A DNA stretch of 59,348 nt from assembly GCA_036391735.1 (NCBI GenBank), contig DASVZI010000063.1, positions 1 to 59,348 on the forward strand, read 5' to 3'. The notes under the pieces were generated by a model that was not told the origin of the DNA, ran no database searches, and saw only the letters and a list, made by a program, of their open reading frames with translations. The stretch comes from Rhodocyclaceae bacterium. Its GTDB lineage: Bacteria > Pseudomonadota > Gammaproteobacteria > Burkholderiales > Rhodocyclaceae. The position numbers and the translations under genes were made by a program. Below are positions 28,456 through 39,709 of this stretch, piece by piece (the first letter of the stretch is position 1; every line of letters begins with the position of its first letter).

Positions 28456-30263
28456 GGACGAGGCTGATCTACGCAATCCTGGCAAGCGGCGCGCTGGCGG
28501 CCTGCGCCCCGGCAACGATGCGCCCAGGCGTCGTGTACGACCAGGCCAAGGACGCCGTCGGCCAGGCCGCGGCTGCGCCCACCGGCGAGACGGCGGAGAA
28601 GGCCCTGCTGCCGCCGCTCGCGGTCGAGATGCCCAAGAACGTCCAGACCGAGCCCCGCTTCGACCTCTCGGTGGTCAACGCGCCTGCATCGCAGGTCTTC
28701 ATGGCGCTGGTCAACGGCACGCCCTACAACATGCTGGTGACGCCCGAGGTCAGCGGGCAGATCACCATCCGCCTGAAGGACGTCACGGTGCGGGAGGCGC
28801 TCGACGCCATCCGCGACCTTTACGGCTACGAGTACAACATCAAGGGCAACCGCATCTCCATCCTGCCGAACACCATCCAGACCAAGGTGTTCCGCATGAA
28901 CTACCTGGCATCGAAGCGCGTGGGTTCGTCCGAGGTGCGGGTGATCTCGGGATCGAGCCAGACGGGGCCGACGGGCGGAGCCCCCGGCGTGCCGGGAGCC
29001 GCGGTTCCGGGCGCGACGCCGACGGCCACGCCGACGACGCCGACCGGCACCATCGGCGCGGTGCCGAACAATCCGACCAGCCGCGTCAGCACCACCACCA
29101 GCAGCGACTTCTGGACCGGCGTCACCGATGCGCTGAAGACCATCATCGGCAGCGGAGAGGATCGCAGCGTCGTCGTCAGCCCCGACTCCGGCGTGATCGT
29201 CATCCGCGGCCTGCCGCGTGAACTGCGCGACGCCGAGAACTACCTGAAGGCGACGCAGTTGATCGTCGAGCGCCAGGTGATCCTGGAGGCCAAGATCATC
29301 GACGTGACGCTCAGCCAGGACTACCAGACCGGCGTGAATTGGGGTGCGTTCAAGACCGGGCCCAACAGCTTCAGCGGCGCCGGCGTCGCGGGGCCGACGA
29401 CCACCATCGGAACCAGTTCGGCCACCGGTGCCGCGCGGTCGATGTTCGCCAACAACGCGGCGACGACGGTCACGGGTTCCTCGGTCGGCAGCGCCAGCGT
29501 CAGTCCGGGAGCGGCCGGCACGGCGACGGTCACGCCGGGCCGGTTCGGTTCCTTCGTCGCCAGCGCGCTCGGCAAGGGCTTCTTCGGCCTCGCCTTCCAG
29601 ACCTCGAACTTCGCGGCGCTGCTCAACTTCCTCGAGACCCAGGGCAGCGTCAGCGTGCTGTCGAGCCCGCGCATCGCCACGCTGAACAACCAGAAGGCGG
29701 TGCTCAAGGTCGGCACCGACGATCTCTTCGTCACCAACGTGACGACCACCACGACAACGTCCACCACGGGCAACATCGTGACGCCGACGGTGACGCTGCA
29801 GTCTTACTTCTCGGGCATCGCGCTCGACGTGACGCCGCAGATCGACGAAGACAACAACATCATCCTGCACATCCACCCGGCCGTCAGCGTGGTGACCGAG
29901 AAGCAGAAGACCATCGACCTCGGCGCTGCGCTGGGCGGCTCGTTTACCCTGCCGCTCGCCTCGAGCAGCGTCAACGAGACCGACAGCATCGTGCGGGCCA
30001 AGGACGGCAACATCATCGCCATCGGCGGCCTGATGCGCCAGGAGCAGGACGTCACCAGCACGGGCCTGCCGGGCACCGGCCGCAGCGCGGCCGGCGTGCT
30101 GTTCGGCCAGCGCGGCAACACGCTGAACAAGCGCGAACTGGTGATCCTGCTGCGGCCGACGGTGGTGACCGACGACGGCGTCTGGAGCCAGGAATCGCAG
30201 CGCACCAGCAGCCGCCTGCGCGAGCTCGATCCGGCCGCCCAGTTTTCGCTGGAAGACAAGTAA
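28452..30263 (+). CDS. mshL: MSHA secretin (GspD/PilQ family)
   Basis: Lipoprotein-like N-terminus (LASGALAACAP), secretin domain (GVNWGAF...VLSSPRIATLNNQKAVLKVG...GGLMRQEQ). Confidence 0.9.
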   Translation: MRTRLIYAILASGALAACAPATMRPGVVYDQAKDAVGQAAAAPTGETAEKALLPPLAVEMPKNVQTEPRFDLSVVNAPASQVFMALVNGTPYNMLVTPEVSGQITIRLKDVTVREALDAIRDLYGYEYNIKGNRISILPNTIQTKVFRMNYLASKRVGSSEVRVISGSSQTGPTGGAPGVPGAAVPGATPTATPTTPTGTIGAVPNNPTSRVSTTTSSDFWTGVTDALKTIIGSGEDRSVVVSPDSGVIVIRGLPRELRDAENYLKATQLIVERQVILEAKIIDVTLSQDYQTGVNWGAFKTGPNSFSGAGVAGPTTTIGTSSATGAARSMFANNAATTVTGSSVGSASVSPGAAGTATVTPGRFGSFVASALGKGFFGLAFQTSNFAALLNFLETQGSVSVLSSPRIATLNNQKAVLKVGTDDLFVTNVTTTTTTSTTGNIVTPTVTLQSYFSGIALDVTPQIDEDNNIILHIHPAVSVVTEKQKTIDLGAALGGSFTLPLASSSVNETDSIVRAKDGNIIAIGGLMRQEQDVTSTGLPGTGRSAAGVLFGQRGNTLNKRELVILLRPTVVTDDGVWSQESQRTSSRLRELDPAAQFSLEDK

Positions 30264-30270
30264 GTCTCCG

Positions 30271-31092
30271 ATGTATCTCGCCCATTTCGGCCTCGACGAG
30301 CTGCCGTTCAGCATCACGCCCGACACCCAGTTCGCCTGCGCGGTGACGGCGCACGAGGAGGCGCTGAACACGCTGCTGCTCGCGATCCACGGCGGCGAGG
30401 GCTTCATCAAGATCACCGGCGAGGTGGGCGTCGGCAAGACCCTGCTATGCCGCAAGCTGCTGTCGATGCTCGGCGAGGACCGCGTCGCCGCCTATGTGCC
30501 GAATCCGCACGTCGAGCCGGAAGCGATGCTGATGGAGGTGGCCACCGAACTTGGCGGCGACGCCGGCGTGGACGCGTCGCTGCTGGTGAAGGAGATCAAC
30601 CGCCGCGTGCTGGAGATCGCCGCGACGGACAAGACCGCCGTCCTGCTGATCGACGAAGCTCAGACGATGCCGATCGAGACGCTGCAGGCCCTGCGCATGC
30701 TCTCGAACCTGGAGACGGAAAAGCGCAAGCTGATCCAGATCGTGCTGTTCGGCCAGCCCGAACTCGACGACATCCTCGCGGACAAGGCCGCACGGCAGGT
30801 GCTGCAGCGCATCTCCTTCCATTACCGGATGCCGGGGCTGGCGCGCAGCGAGCTCGACATCTACCTGCAGCACCGGCTGCGCGTCGCCGGCCTGCGCGGG
30901 CCGTCGCTGTTCTCGCGCGCCGCGCGCTGGGCCATCTACCGCCATTCGAAGGGCGTGCCGCGGGTGGTGAACGTGCTGGCGCACAAGTCGCTGCTGTCGG
31001 CCTTCGGCGAGGGCGCCGATCGCGTCGGGTACGGCCACGTGCGGCGCGCCGTCGCGGATACCGAGAGCGCCTACCGGCGCGCATGGATTTGA
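30271..31092 (+). CDS. mshM: ExeA-type AAA ATPase of the MSHA system
   Basis: Walker A GEVGVGKTLLCRKLL, LLIDEAQ; 273 aa. Confidence 0.85.
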   Translation: MYLAHFGLDELPFSITPDTQFACAVTAHEEALNTLLLAIHGGEGFIKITGEVGVGKTLLCRKLLSMLGEDRVAAYVPNPHVEPEAMLMEVATELGGDAGVDASLLVKEINRRVLEIAATDKTAVLLIDEAQTMPIETLQALRMLSNLETEKRKLIQIVLFGQPELDDILADKAARQVLQRISFHYRMPGLARSELDIYLQHRLRVAGLRGPSLFSRAARWAIYRHSKGVPRVVNVLAHKSLLSAFGEGADRVGYGHVRRAVADTESAYRRAWI

Positions 31093-31129
31093 GGCGCCGG
31101 CCGACGCCGGCGACCAGCGAGGATTAGCT

Positions 31130-32266
31130 ATGAGCCTGATCAACCAGATGCTGCGGGATCTCGACGCTCGCCGCGCCCCGGCGGCCGATCGTGCCCAGTT
31201 GCAGGACATCGTGCATGCCGCGCCGAAGGCGGCCGGGACTGGCGGAAGCCGCGCCGGGCTGCTGCTGGGCATTGGCGCGCTCGCCGCCGTGGCCGGCGGC
31301 GCCTGGTACTGGCTGACGCCCGCGAGCGTCCCGCAGGCGACGCCCGCTCCCGCGGCGCAACAGCCCCAGGCGCCCGCACAGCCGGCTGCCGTCCAGGCCC
31401 CGGCCACCCTTGCGCCGGCGGCGACGGTGGCAGCCATGCCAGCAACCGCTCCCGCCGCGGTGAAATCCGCCGAGCCCGCCACGCAGGAACCGGCCAAGCC
31501 GGCCGCGCGGGAAGCCGCCAAGCCTGCTGCCCGGCCTGCTGCCGCGCCCGTCGCAAAGCCCGCGCCGGTGCCGCACGCACCTGAAGCTGCGCCGGTCGCC
31601 AAGGCTGCGCCACCGGCGAGCAAGCCGGTGGCGTTGGCCGCTGCCGCCAGGCCCGCATCGCCGGCCGAAGAACCGAGCATCGAGAAGCGGCCGCGCACGC
31701 CGCTGGCGAACGAGGCGGCCGAGAACGAGTACAACAAGGCGGTCGCGGCGCTGCGGCGCGGTGCGACCGTCGAGGCCGTCGCCGAGTTGCGAGCGGCCTT
31801 GCGGCTCGACATGCTGCACGTGTCGGCGCGCCAGGCGCTCCTCAGCCTGCTGCTGAGCCAGCAACAATTCGGCGATGCCCAGGCGGTTGCCGAGGAAGGC
31901 CTGGCGCTCGACCCGAGCCAGACCGGCTGGGCCATCGTGCTCGCGCGGCTCCAGATGGAAAACGGCAAGACGGCCGAGGCGACGGAGACCCTCGCCAGCC
32001 ACGCCCGCTACGCGGACCGCAACGCCGACTATCAAGCTTTCCATGCCCTTCTGCTGCAGAAGCAGAAGCGCTACCACGAGGCGGCGGACCGCTACGTGGC
32101 GGCCGTGACGCTGCGCCCTGGCGAGGGGCGCTGGTGGTATGGCCTCGGTGTGGCGCTGGACGCCGACCAGCGCCCGCAGGAGGCCCACGAAGCCTTCGTC
32201 AAGGCCCGCGACTCCGGCAACCTGCCGCCCGAACTCGCCGCCTCGCTCAAGCACTACCTGCGCTGA
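31130..32266 (+). CDS. mshN: TPR-repeat MSHA biogenesis protein with Ala/Pro-rich linker
   Basis: N-terminal TM, long AP-rich low-complexity tract, C-terminal TPR units. Confidence 0.7.
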   Translation: MSLINQMLRDLDARRAPAADRAQLQDIVHAAPKAAGTGGSRAGLLLGIGALAAVAGGAWYWLTPASVPQATPAPAAQQPQAPAQPAAVQAPATLAPAATVAAMPATAPAAVKSAEPATQEPAKPAAREAAKPAARPAAAPVAKPAPVPHAPEAAPVAKAAPPASKPVALAAAARPASPAEEPSIEKRPRTPLANEAAENEYNKAVAALRRGATVEAVAELRAALRLDMLHVSARQALLSLLLSQQQFGDAQAVAEEGLALDPSQTGWAIVLARLQMENGKTAEATETLASHARYADRNADYQAFHALLLQKQKRYHEAADRYVAAVTLRPGEGRWWYGLGVALDADQRPQEAHEAFVKARDSGNLPPELAASLKHYLR

Positions 32267-32278
32267 TCGCCTTCGGCG

Positions 32279-32971
32279 TCAGTCGCGCAAGGCGCGCGCC
32301 ACCACCCAGTTGGTGACCCGCGCCGCGCCATGGTGCTTGAGTGTTCGAGCGAACTCGTCGAGCGTGGCACCTGTGGTCATGACATCGTCGACGACGATCA
32401 CCGACCGGTTGGCCAGATTGCGCCGGCATTCGAAGGCGTTCTTCACGTTGCGGCGCCGCGCCTTCCAGGGCAGGCTCGACTGCGGGACGGTCTCCGCCGT
32501 GCGCCGACAAGCGTCGATGTCGAGTGGGAGCCTCAATGCCGCCGCCAGCGGACGCGCGATCTCGACGGCCTGGTTGAAGCCGCGTTCCCTCAGCCGTGCC
32601 GGCGACAGCGGCACGGGCAGCAGCAGATCGCCCGCCGGCCAGGGGCCGCGCAACAGGGCGTCCGAGAAAAGGCGGGCAATGGCCAGCCGGTGTCCGAATT
32701 TCAAGGCCTGCACCAGTTGGTCGACGGGAAAGGCATATCGCCACGGGCCGATGGTGGCGTCGAAGGCGGGCGGCGAACGCAGGCAGGGCCCGCAGACCTG
32801 CCCTTCCGGAGTCGGCGCGGCACAGACGGGACATCGGGGCAAGGCGAGGAACGGCAGGTCTGCCGCGCAGTCACCGCAGACCGCGCCTGAGCCGCCCCGC
32901 GCGCCGCAGAGCAGGCAGTCCTGGGGCAGCATGGCCGCCATAACCCTTCGCAGCGAAAGCGAAATTGACAA
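32279..32971 (-). CDS. comF: ComF-family phosphoribosyltransferase-domain protein
   Basis: N-terminal Cys clusters (CLLCG...CGDC...CPVC...CGPC) and C-terminal PRTase motif [14 protein letters not shown]; start may be a downstream Met. Confidence 0.75.
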   Translation of the reverse strand: MSISLSLRRVMAAMLPQDCLLCGARGGSGAVCGDCAADLPFLALPRCPVCAAPTPEGQVCGPCLRSPPAFDATIGPWRYAFPVDQLVQALKFGHRLAIARLFSDALLRGPWPAGDLLLPVPLSPARLRERGFNQAVEIARPLAAALRLPLDIDACRRTAETVPQSSLPWKARRRNVKNAFECRRNLANRSVIVVDDVMTTGATLDEFARTLKHHGAARVTNWVVARALRD

Positions 32972-33024
32972 CCCACGCTCCTTGCCGGATGATGCGCGCC
33001 TCCATTCTAGCTATTCCCGTCCCC

Positions 33025-33999
33025 ATGCCTGCCGTTTCCGCCGCAGCCGCCGCCGCTGCTCCCGCCGTTTCCCCGTGGACCACCGAAGCGATCGAAGCGC
33101 TGTTCGCGCTGCCCTTCAACGACCTGATGTTCCGCGCCCAACAGGTGCACCGCGAGAACTTCGACGCCAATGCGATCCAGCGCTCGGCCCTGCTGTCGGT
33201 CAAGACGGGCGGATGCTCCGAGGACTGCAAGTACTGCTCGCAATCGGCCCGCCACGAAGCGAAGCTCGAGCGCGAGTCGTTGCTGGAACTCGAGCAGGTG
33301 ATCGAGGCGGCCAAGGCCGCCAAGGCCGGTGGCGCGACGCGCTTCTGCATGGGCGCCGCCTGGCGCGGCCCCAAGGATCGCGACCTGGACCGCGTGCTGC
33401 AGATGGTGAGCTCGGTCAAGGCCCTCGGCCTCGAGACCTGCGCGACGCTTGGGTTGCTGAAGGAAGGCCAGGCCGAGAAGCTGCGTGCTGCCGGTCTCGA
33501 CTACTACAACCACAATCTCGATACCGCCGAGGAGTTCTACGGCGAGATCGTCAGCACCCACACCTACGAGCAGCGCATGGAGACGCTGGAAAAGGCGCGT
33601 GGGGCGGGCATGAAGATCTGCTGCGGTGGGATCATCGGGATGGGCGAATCGCGGCGCGTCCGCGCCGGGCTGCTGGCGCAGCTCGCCAACATGGCGCCGC
33701 CGCCCGAGTCTGTGCCGATCAACCATCTGATCGCCATCCCAGGCACGCCGCTCGAGGATGCCAAGCCGCTCGACCCCTTCGAGTTCGTGCGCACCATCGC
33801 CTGCGCGCGCATTAGCATGCCGAAGAGCTTCGTGCGCCTGTCGGCCGGACGGCAGGACATGAGCGACGAGCTGCAGGCCCTGTGCTTCCTGGCCGGCGCC
33901 AACTCCATCTTCTACGGCGAGAAGCTGCTGACGACGGACAACGCCGAGTCCGGCCGCGACGAGGCCCTGTTCGCGCGGCTGGGACTGAGCGCGATCTGA
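33025..33999 (+). CDS. bioB: biotin synthase (radical SAM)
   Basis: [10 protein letters not shown] radical-SAM cluster motif and conserved core; start set at MPAVS rather than ORF start 32965. Confidence 0.9.
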   Translation: MPAVSAAAAAAAPAVSPWTTEAIEALFALPFNDLMFRAQQVHRENFDANAIQRSALLSVKTGGCSEDCKYCSQSARHEAKLERESLLELEQVIEAAKAAKAGGATRFCMGAAWRGPKDRDLDRVLQMVSSVKALGLETCATLGLLKEGQAEKLRAAGLDYYNHNLDTAEEFYGEIVSTHTYEQRMETLEKARGAGMKICCGGIIGMGESRRVRAGLLAQLANMAPPPESVPINHLIAIPGTPLEDAKPLDPFEFVRTIACARISMPKSFVRLSAGRQDMSDELQALCFLAGANSIFYGEKLLTTDNAESGRDEALFARLGLSAI

Positions 34000-34016
34000 G
34001 GCGCGCGCCGCCGGCC

Positions 34017-34826
34017 ATGCGTGATCGCTTCGCCCGGGCCGCTGCGTCGTACGACGAGGCGGCCGTCCTGGCGAGGGAAACCGGAAGCCGCATGGCGCAG
34101 CGACTCGACTACGTGAACATCGCGCCGCGCCGCATCGCGGATGTCGGCTGCGCGACCGGCGACGGCATTCGGGAACTGCAGCGGCGCTACCCGGATGCCT
34201 TGCCGCTGGCGATCGACTACGCGCTGCCGATGCTGCAGCAGGTGCGCACCCGCACGCCGCTGCTCGCGCGGCTGGCGCGACGCACCCCGCGGCTCGTCAA
34301 TGCCGACGTGCGTGCCCTGCCGCTGGCGGATGGGTCGGTCGGACTCGCCTGGTCGAACCTGATGCTGCACTGGCTCGCCGATCCCTTGCCGGCGTTGCGG
34401 GAGTTCCATCGCGTGCTGGAAGTCGGCGGTCTGCTGATGTTCGCGGCGCTCGGGCCCGACACGCTGAAGGAACTCCGAGGCGCAGGCGCGACCACGCTGC
34501 GCGGCTTCCACGACATGCACGACCTGGGCGACATGCTCGTTGCGGCCGGCTTTGCCGATCCCGTGATGGAAATGGAGATCATCGAGTTCGCCTACGCGCG
34601 GCCGCGAGGGCTGCTGCGAGACCTGCGCCACCTGGGCGTTCGCGACGACATGCTGGGGAGCATGGGCTATCGCGAGGCGCGGCGCGTGTTCCGAGCTTGG
34701 GAGGGGTCGCGCCGGGAAGGTCGTCTGCCGGCGACGTTCGAGGTCGTCTACGGCCACGCCTGGAAAGCCGAACCGCGCCTGGCGGAGGACGGCCGCGCGA
34801 TCGTCAGATTCCGGGACCGCACGTGA
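34017..34826 (+). CDS. bioC: malonyl-ACP O-methyltransferase (BioC-like SAM methyltransferase)
   Basis: VADVGCATGDG motif I, LLRPGGLLMFAALG-like motif; immediately follows bioB. Confidence 0.75.
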   Translation: MRDRFARAAASYDEAAVLARETGSRMAQRLDYVNIAPRRIADVGCATGDGIRELQRRYPDALPLAIDYALPMLQQVRTRTPLLARLARRTPRLVNADVRALPLADGSVGLAWSNLMLHWLADPLPALREFHRVLEVGGLLMFAALGPDTLKELRGAGATTLRGFHDMHDLGDMLVAAGFADPVMEMEIIEFAYARPRGLLRDLRHLGVRDDMLGSMGYREARRVFRAWEGSRREGRLPATFEVVYGHAWKAEPRLAEDGRAIVRFRDRT

Positions 34827-34893
34827 GCCTAAAACCCTTTTTTTCCGGGCCCATTTCACGGTAATCTACGCGCTTCAGCCACCGAGCCCCGCT

Positions 34894-35385
34894 ATGCTGC
34901 TCAAGGACAATCCGCTGTTCAAGCTCGTCGACAAGCGCCACCCGCAGGTGGCGAAGCGGCTATTCACCTTTTGGGGGCATCCGCAAGCCGTCTGGTACTT
35001 GAACGACCTCATCGTGGACGTCGCCGAGGACCCGGCCGCGGGATATACGGCGGAAGAGCAGAGCGCGTTCGAGCAGCTCAAGCGGGAGCACGAGGAGGAG
35101 TTTCCCCGTGCCGAGGGCGAGCCGGAATGGCACGTGCTGACGCACGAACCCGACTTCAAGGCGATCGACGCGAAATTCAAGCGCATCGGCCGTCGCCTCA
35201 AGGATCTTTGGGGCACCGCCGAGTGCCCCGGCTACCTCAACGAACTGATCCACGATACGCGGGACGGCACGCGCCAGGGCTTCCCGATGGACGTCGCCAT
35301 GGCGATCTTCAAGCTCTCCCGCAAGCACGACCAGGCTTTTCCCCAGCATGCCATGAAAGACACGGACCTCTGGGGCGGCATCTAG
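34894..35385 (+). CDS. hypothetical protein with internal tandem duplication
   Basis: Two roughly 50-aa repeats sharing RL..[FL]WG.....YLN[DE]LI.D....G[YF]...........L.R.H...FP. Confidence 0.5.
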   Translation: MLLKDNPLFKLVDKRHPQVAKRLFTFWGHPQAVWYLNDLIVDVAEDPAAGYTAEEQSAFEQLKREHEEEFPRAEGEPEWHVLTHEPDFKAIDAKFKRIGRRLKDLWGTAECPGYLNELIHDTRDGTRQGFPMDVAMAIFKLSRKHDQAFPQHAMKDTDLWGGI

Positions 35386-35462
35386 CTGGAGAGACCGCGG
35401 ACTCGCAGGCCCAAAAGAAAACGGCTGCCATTCGGCAGCCGTTTTTCTTGGTGCGGCAGCGC

Positions 35463-36110
35463 TCAGCGCAGGCCGGCGACGTAGTCGGAAACCGCCTTGA
35501 TCTCCGCATCCGTCATCTTCAGGGCGACGGTGCGCATCATCTTGTTGGGGTCGTTGGCGCGCGTGCCGTCGCGGAAGGCCTTCAGCTGCGTCTCGACGTA
35601 GTCGGCCAGCTGGCCGCCGATGCGCGGGAACTGGGCCGGGATGCCGGCACCGCTGGGACCGTGGCAGCCGGCGCAGGCCGGCAGACCCTTGCTGGCATCG
35701 CCGGCGCGGAAGAGCTTCTGGCCAACCGGCAGCGTTTCCTTGTTCTTCGCCTGGTCGCCGTTCAGCTTCTGCGAGGAGAAGTAGGCGGCGAGATCGCGCA
35801 TCTGGTTCTCGTCGAAGGCGGCGATCATGCCGTTCATGATCGGATTGACGCGCTCGGGTTGGCCGTTGGCGCCCGGCTTGAAGTTGCGCATCTGCTTGAA
35901 GAGATACTCGGGATGCTGGCTGGCCAGCTTCGGGTTCGGCGCGCCGATGCTGTTGCCGTCGGCGCCGTGGCAGGCCGCACAAACGGTGGTGGCGATCGGT
36001 TGCCCCTTGGCAGCGTCGCCCTTCGGAGCGGCAGGAGCAGCAGGTTCGGCCGCGAACGCAGGCGCGATCGAGCCAGCGAGCAGCAGGGAAAAGACCACGT
36101 GGCGCTTCAT
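35463..36110 (-). CDS. dihaem cytochrome c4
   Basis: Signal peptide and two CxxCH motifs (CAACH, CAGCH); divergent from engB as in many proteobacteria. Confidence 0.85.
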   Translation of the reverse strand: MKRHVVFSLLLAGSIAPAFAAEPAAPAAPKGDAAKGQPIATTVCAACHGADGNSIGAPNPKLASQHPEYLFKQMRNFKPGANGQPERVNPIMNGMIAAFDENQMRDLAAYFSSQKLNGDQAKNKETLPVGQKLFRAGDASKGLPACAGCHGPSGAGIPAQFPRIGGQLADYVETQLKAFRDGTRANDPNKMMRTVALKMTDAEIKAVSDYVAGLR

Positions 36111-36177
36111 CTGGGGTTATCCTCAGCGGGGCTTATTCATAAACGTGCTATTCTACATGAACTTATCGAGTCGCTGC

Positions 36178-36822
36178 ATGCCTTCTGCTCACCCGTTCCG
36201 CCACGCGGTCTTCGAGACCTCCGTTGGCCATCCCGATCAGTTGCCGGCGCCGCTCGCTCCCGAAGTTGCCTTCGCCGGACGCTCGAATGCGGGGAAGTCC
36301 TCGGCGATCAATACCCTCGTCGGCCATACCCGGCTTGCCTTCGTCTCGAAGACGCCCGGCCGCACCCAGCTCATCAACCTGTTTCGCATGAGGAACGGCG
36401 CCGCCCTGGTGGACTTGCCGGGCTACGGTTACGCCGATGTCCCCGAGCAGGTGCGCCGGCAGTGGCAGGGCCTGCTGGAGCGCTACCTGACGCAGCGCGA
36501 GAACCTCGTCGGCCTCGTTCTCATCATGGACGCCCGCCGCCCCTTCACCGACCTCGATCGCCAGATGGTGGCCTGGTTCGCCACGACCGGAAGGCCGATC
36601 CATTGCCTGCTGACGAAGGCCGACAAGCTGACGCGCAGCGAGCAGGCGAAGGCATTGAAGGCCGCGAAGGAAGTCGCCGCCAGCTTGCTCGGTCCGATCA
36701 CGCTGCAACTCTTCTCGAGCCTGAAGAAGTCGGGTATCGAGGAGGCGGAGGGCGTCATCGCGCCCTGGCTCGAGCCGGTCGCACCCGCTGCTTCGGAAGA
36801 AGCGCCGCCGACCGCCGCCTGA
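36178..36822 (+). CDS. engB: ribosome biogenesis GTPase EngB/YihA
   Basis: G1 [13 protein letters not shown]3 DLPGYG, G4 TKADK. Confidence 0.9.
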   Translation: MPSAHPFRHAVFETSVGHPDQLPAPLAPEVAFAGRSNAGKSSAINTLVGHTRLAFVSKTPGRTQLINLFRMRNGAALVDLPGYGYADVPEQVRRQWQGLLERYLTQRENLVGLVLIMDARRPFTDLDRQMVAWFATTGRPIHCLLTKADKLTRSEQAKALKAAKEVAASLLGPITLQLFSSLKKSGIEEAEGVIAPWLEPVAPAASEEAPPTAA

Positions 36823-36825
36823 GGA

Positions 36826-37965
36826 TCACGGTGCCGCCGGCACCGCGTGGCCATCGTAGGCCGAGGCGCAAGCGGTGTCGCGGCAATCGGAAGTCAGCAT
36901 CCGCCAGACGATGGCGCCCGTATAGTCGCGCGCGCCGAAATGCCCGATGCCCCCGAGATCGTGGGGGAACAGCGACGACACCTGGGAATCGACGCCGGCC
37001 GTCCACGCCGGCAGCGGCGATGCCGGCTCCGCGCCGACGTCCAGTTGCGCGCGGACATTGGATGCGGCCGCGAACAGGGGGCCGCGCGTGCAATCGACGG
37101 CCGCCGGCCAGGCTGCCAGCGCCCGCGGGCAATGGATGTCGTCCTGGCCGCCCGCATACAGGGTGTAGAAGGCGACCTGGGGATGCCGCTCGGGCGCCAG
37201 GCGCAAGGCGTGGTCGCCGGTGACGGCGGTCCAGCGATTGCGCATCCAGGGCAGCGCCAGGTCGGGGAAGAAGCCGAACGAATAGAACGCGTCCTTCGTG
37301 CCCGACTGCTCGGCCTCGCAGGTGGCCGCCGTCGCGGCGCCCAGCACGCAGGAATTCAGGCCATGCAGGCCGCCGGCGATGTTGACGAAGCGGTGCACCG
37401 AGGGCCAGGTGTCCTGGCCACGGTCGGCATAGTAGTCGAGCGCGGCCAGGGACATCGAGACGCCGAGGGAATGGGCGACGATGTCAACCTGCGCGCTTCC
37501 GGTGTAGGCCTTCACCGCCTGGATGAACTGCCAGAGGATGCGGTATTTCTTGGGCTGGTGGACGTTTCGGCTCGTGTTGTCGAGCTGCTGTTCGGTGCGC
37601 GTCAGGTAGGTGACGCCGTAGAGTTCGCAGTCGTTGTAGCCGCGCGCCTTGAATTCGGCGTAGACGGAAGGCCCGGCCGGCTTGCCGGCGCGCGGGGGTG
37701 CCGGGGAATCCCAGCCGATCGCGCTGTCGCCGTTACCGTGGATGAACACGACCGGCGTGTGCGAGATGCGGTTCCTGCAATCGCCGCCGCCGAAGCCGCC
37801 GAAGCCGGCGTGCGGAGCGAATCCGCCGGCGTACTGCGTCGGCTTGCTGCGGGCATTGCCGCAGAAGGGGAAGCCGAACGTACCGCATTCGAGCGCATGG
37901 GCGGTGCCGGCCGCCAGCGCGGCGAGCAGGCCGATGCAGCGAAGCAGGGCGGAGGTGTGGCGCAT
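36826..37965 (-). CDS. secreted alpha/beta-hydrolase lipase-like protein
   Basis: Signal peptide (MRHTSALLRCIGLLAALAAGTAHA), VFIHGNGDS, nucleophile elbow VAHSLGVS; start set at the signal-peptide Met. Confidence 0.7.
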   Translation of the reverse strand: MRHTSALLRCIGLLAALAAGTAHALECGTFGFPFCGNARSKPTQYAGGFAPHAGFGGFGGGDCRNRISHTPVVFIHGNGDSAIGWDSPAPPRAGKPAGPSVYAEFKARGYNDCELYGVTYLTRTEQQLDNTSRNVHQPKKYRILWQFIQAVKAYTGSAQVDIVAHSLGVSMSLAALDYYADRGQDTWPSVHRFVNIAGGLHGLNSCVLGAATAATCEAEQSGTKDAFYSFGFFPDLALPWMRNRWTAVTGDHALRLAPERHPQVAFYTLYAGGQDDIHCPRALAAWPAAVDCTRGPLFAAASNVRAQLDVGAEPASPLPAWTAGVDSQVSSLFPHDLGGIGHFGARDYTGAIVWRMLTSDCRDTACASAYDGHAVPAAP

Positions 37966-38081
37966 GGCTCGCTCCCAGGGGCAGGCAGAAGGTCCAAGAT
38001 ATTCCAATGGCAAGTCGTCGGTCAAGGACAGTTTGCGGGCGGCGGTAGAATCGGACATCGCCAACCGGGCTTTTCAACCAG

Positions 38082-38405
38082 ATGAAGGCAGGCAGTCTCT
38101 TTGCGGGGGTGGTCGCCACCGCGCCGGTTGAAGCATTCACGGCCTTGCTCGATCGCCCGGGCGTACGCGTCGAGCGCATCGTCTCGACCGGACAGGCCAG
38201 CCCGCCCGGATTCTGGTACGACCAGCCGGAGGGGGAATGGGTGCTCGTCGTCGCGGGCGAAGCGCGCCTGCAGATCGAGGGCGAGGCACAACCGCGTACG
38301 CTGAAGGCCGGCGATTGGATCGAACTGCCGGCCCATTGCCGCCACCGCGTCGAATGGACTACGCCCGCAGAGCCAACGGTCTGGCTGGCCATTCACTATC
38401 GTTAG
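38082..38405 (+). CDS. cupin-domain protein
   Basis: 107 aa; GEWVLVVAGEARLQIEG...DWIELPAHCRHRVE cupin motifs. Confidence 0.6.
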   Translation: MKAGSLFAGVVATAPVEAFTALLDRPGVRVERIVSTGQASPPGFWYDQPEGEWVLVVAGEARLQIEGEAQPRTLKAGDWIELPAHCRHRVEWTTPAEPTVWLAIHYR

Positions 38406-38541
38406 CGCGCTTTTTCGCGGAGTAGAATGAACGCCGTAGCGCCGCTGAGCGGGCCGCAGAAAAGAAAACCCCCGGTCAAAGGGGAGAAGACCGGGGGTCA
38501 AACGCCTTAAATGAGGTTAAGGCACCCGCTCAGGGAGGTGA

Positions 38542-39636
<1,095 letters not shown>

Positions 39637-39709
39637 TTAGTCACCTCCCCCGTGAGGGGGAGGCTGGGAGGGGGCGGGTCTATTTGGCCGAAGGCAACTG
39701 CTCGGGGCC

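Noticed and set aside
27759-30455. 898-aa ORF antisense to mshK/mshL
   Set aside because: The same high-GC antisense artifact; the secretin on the plus strand is unambiguous.
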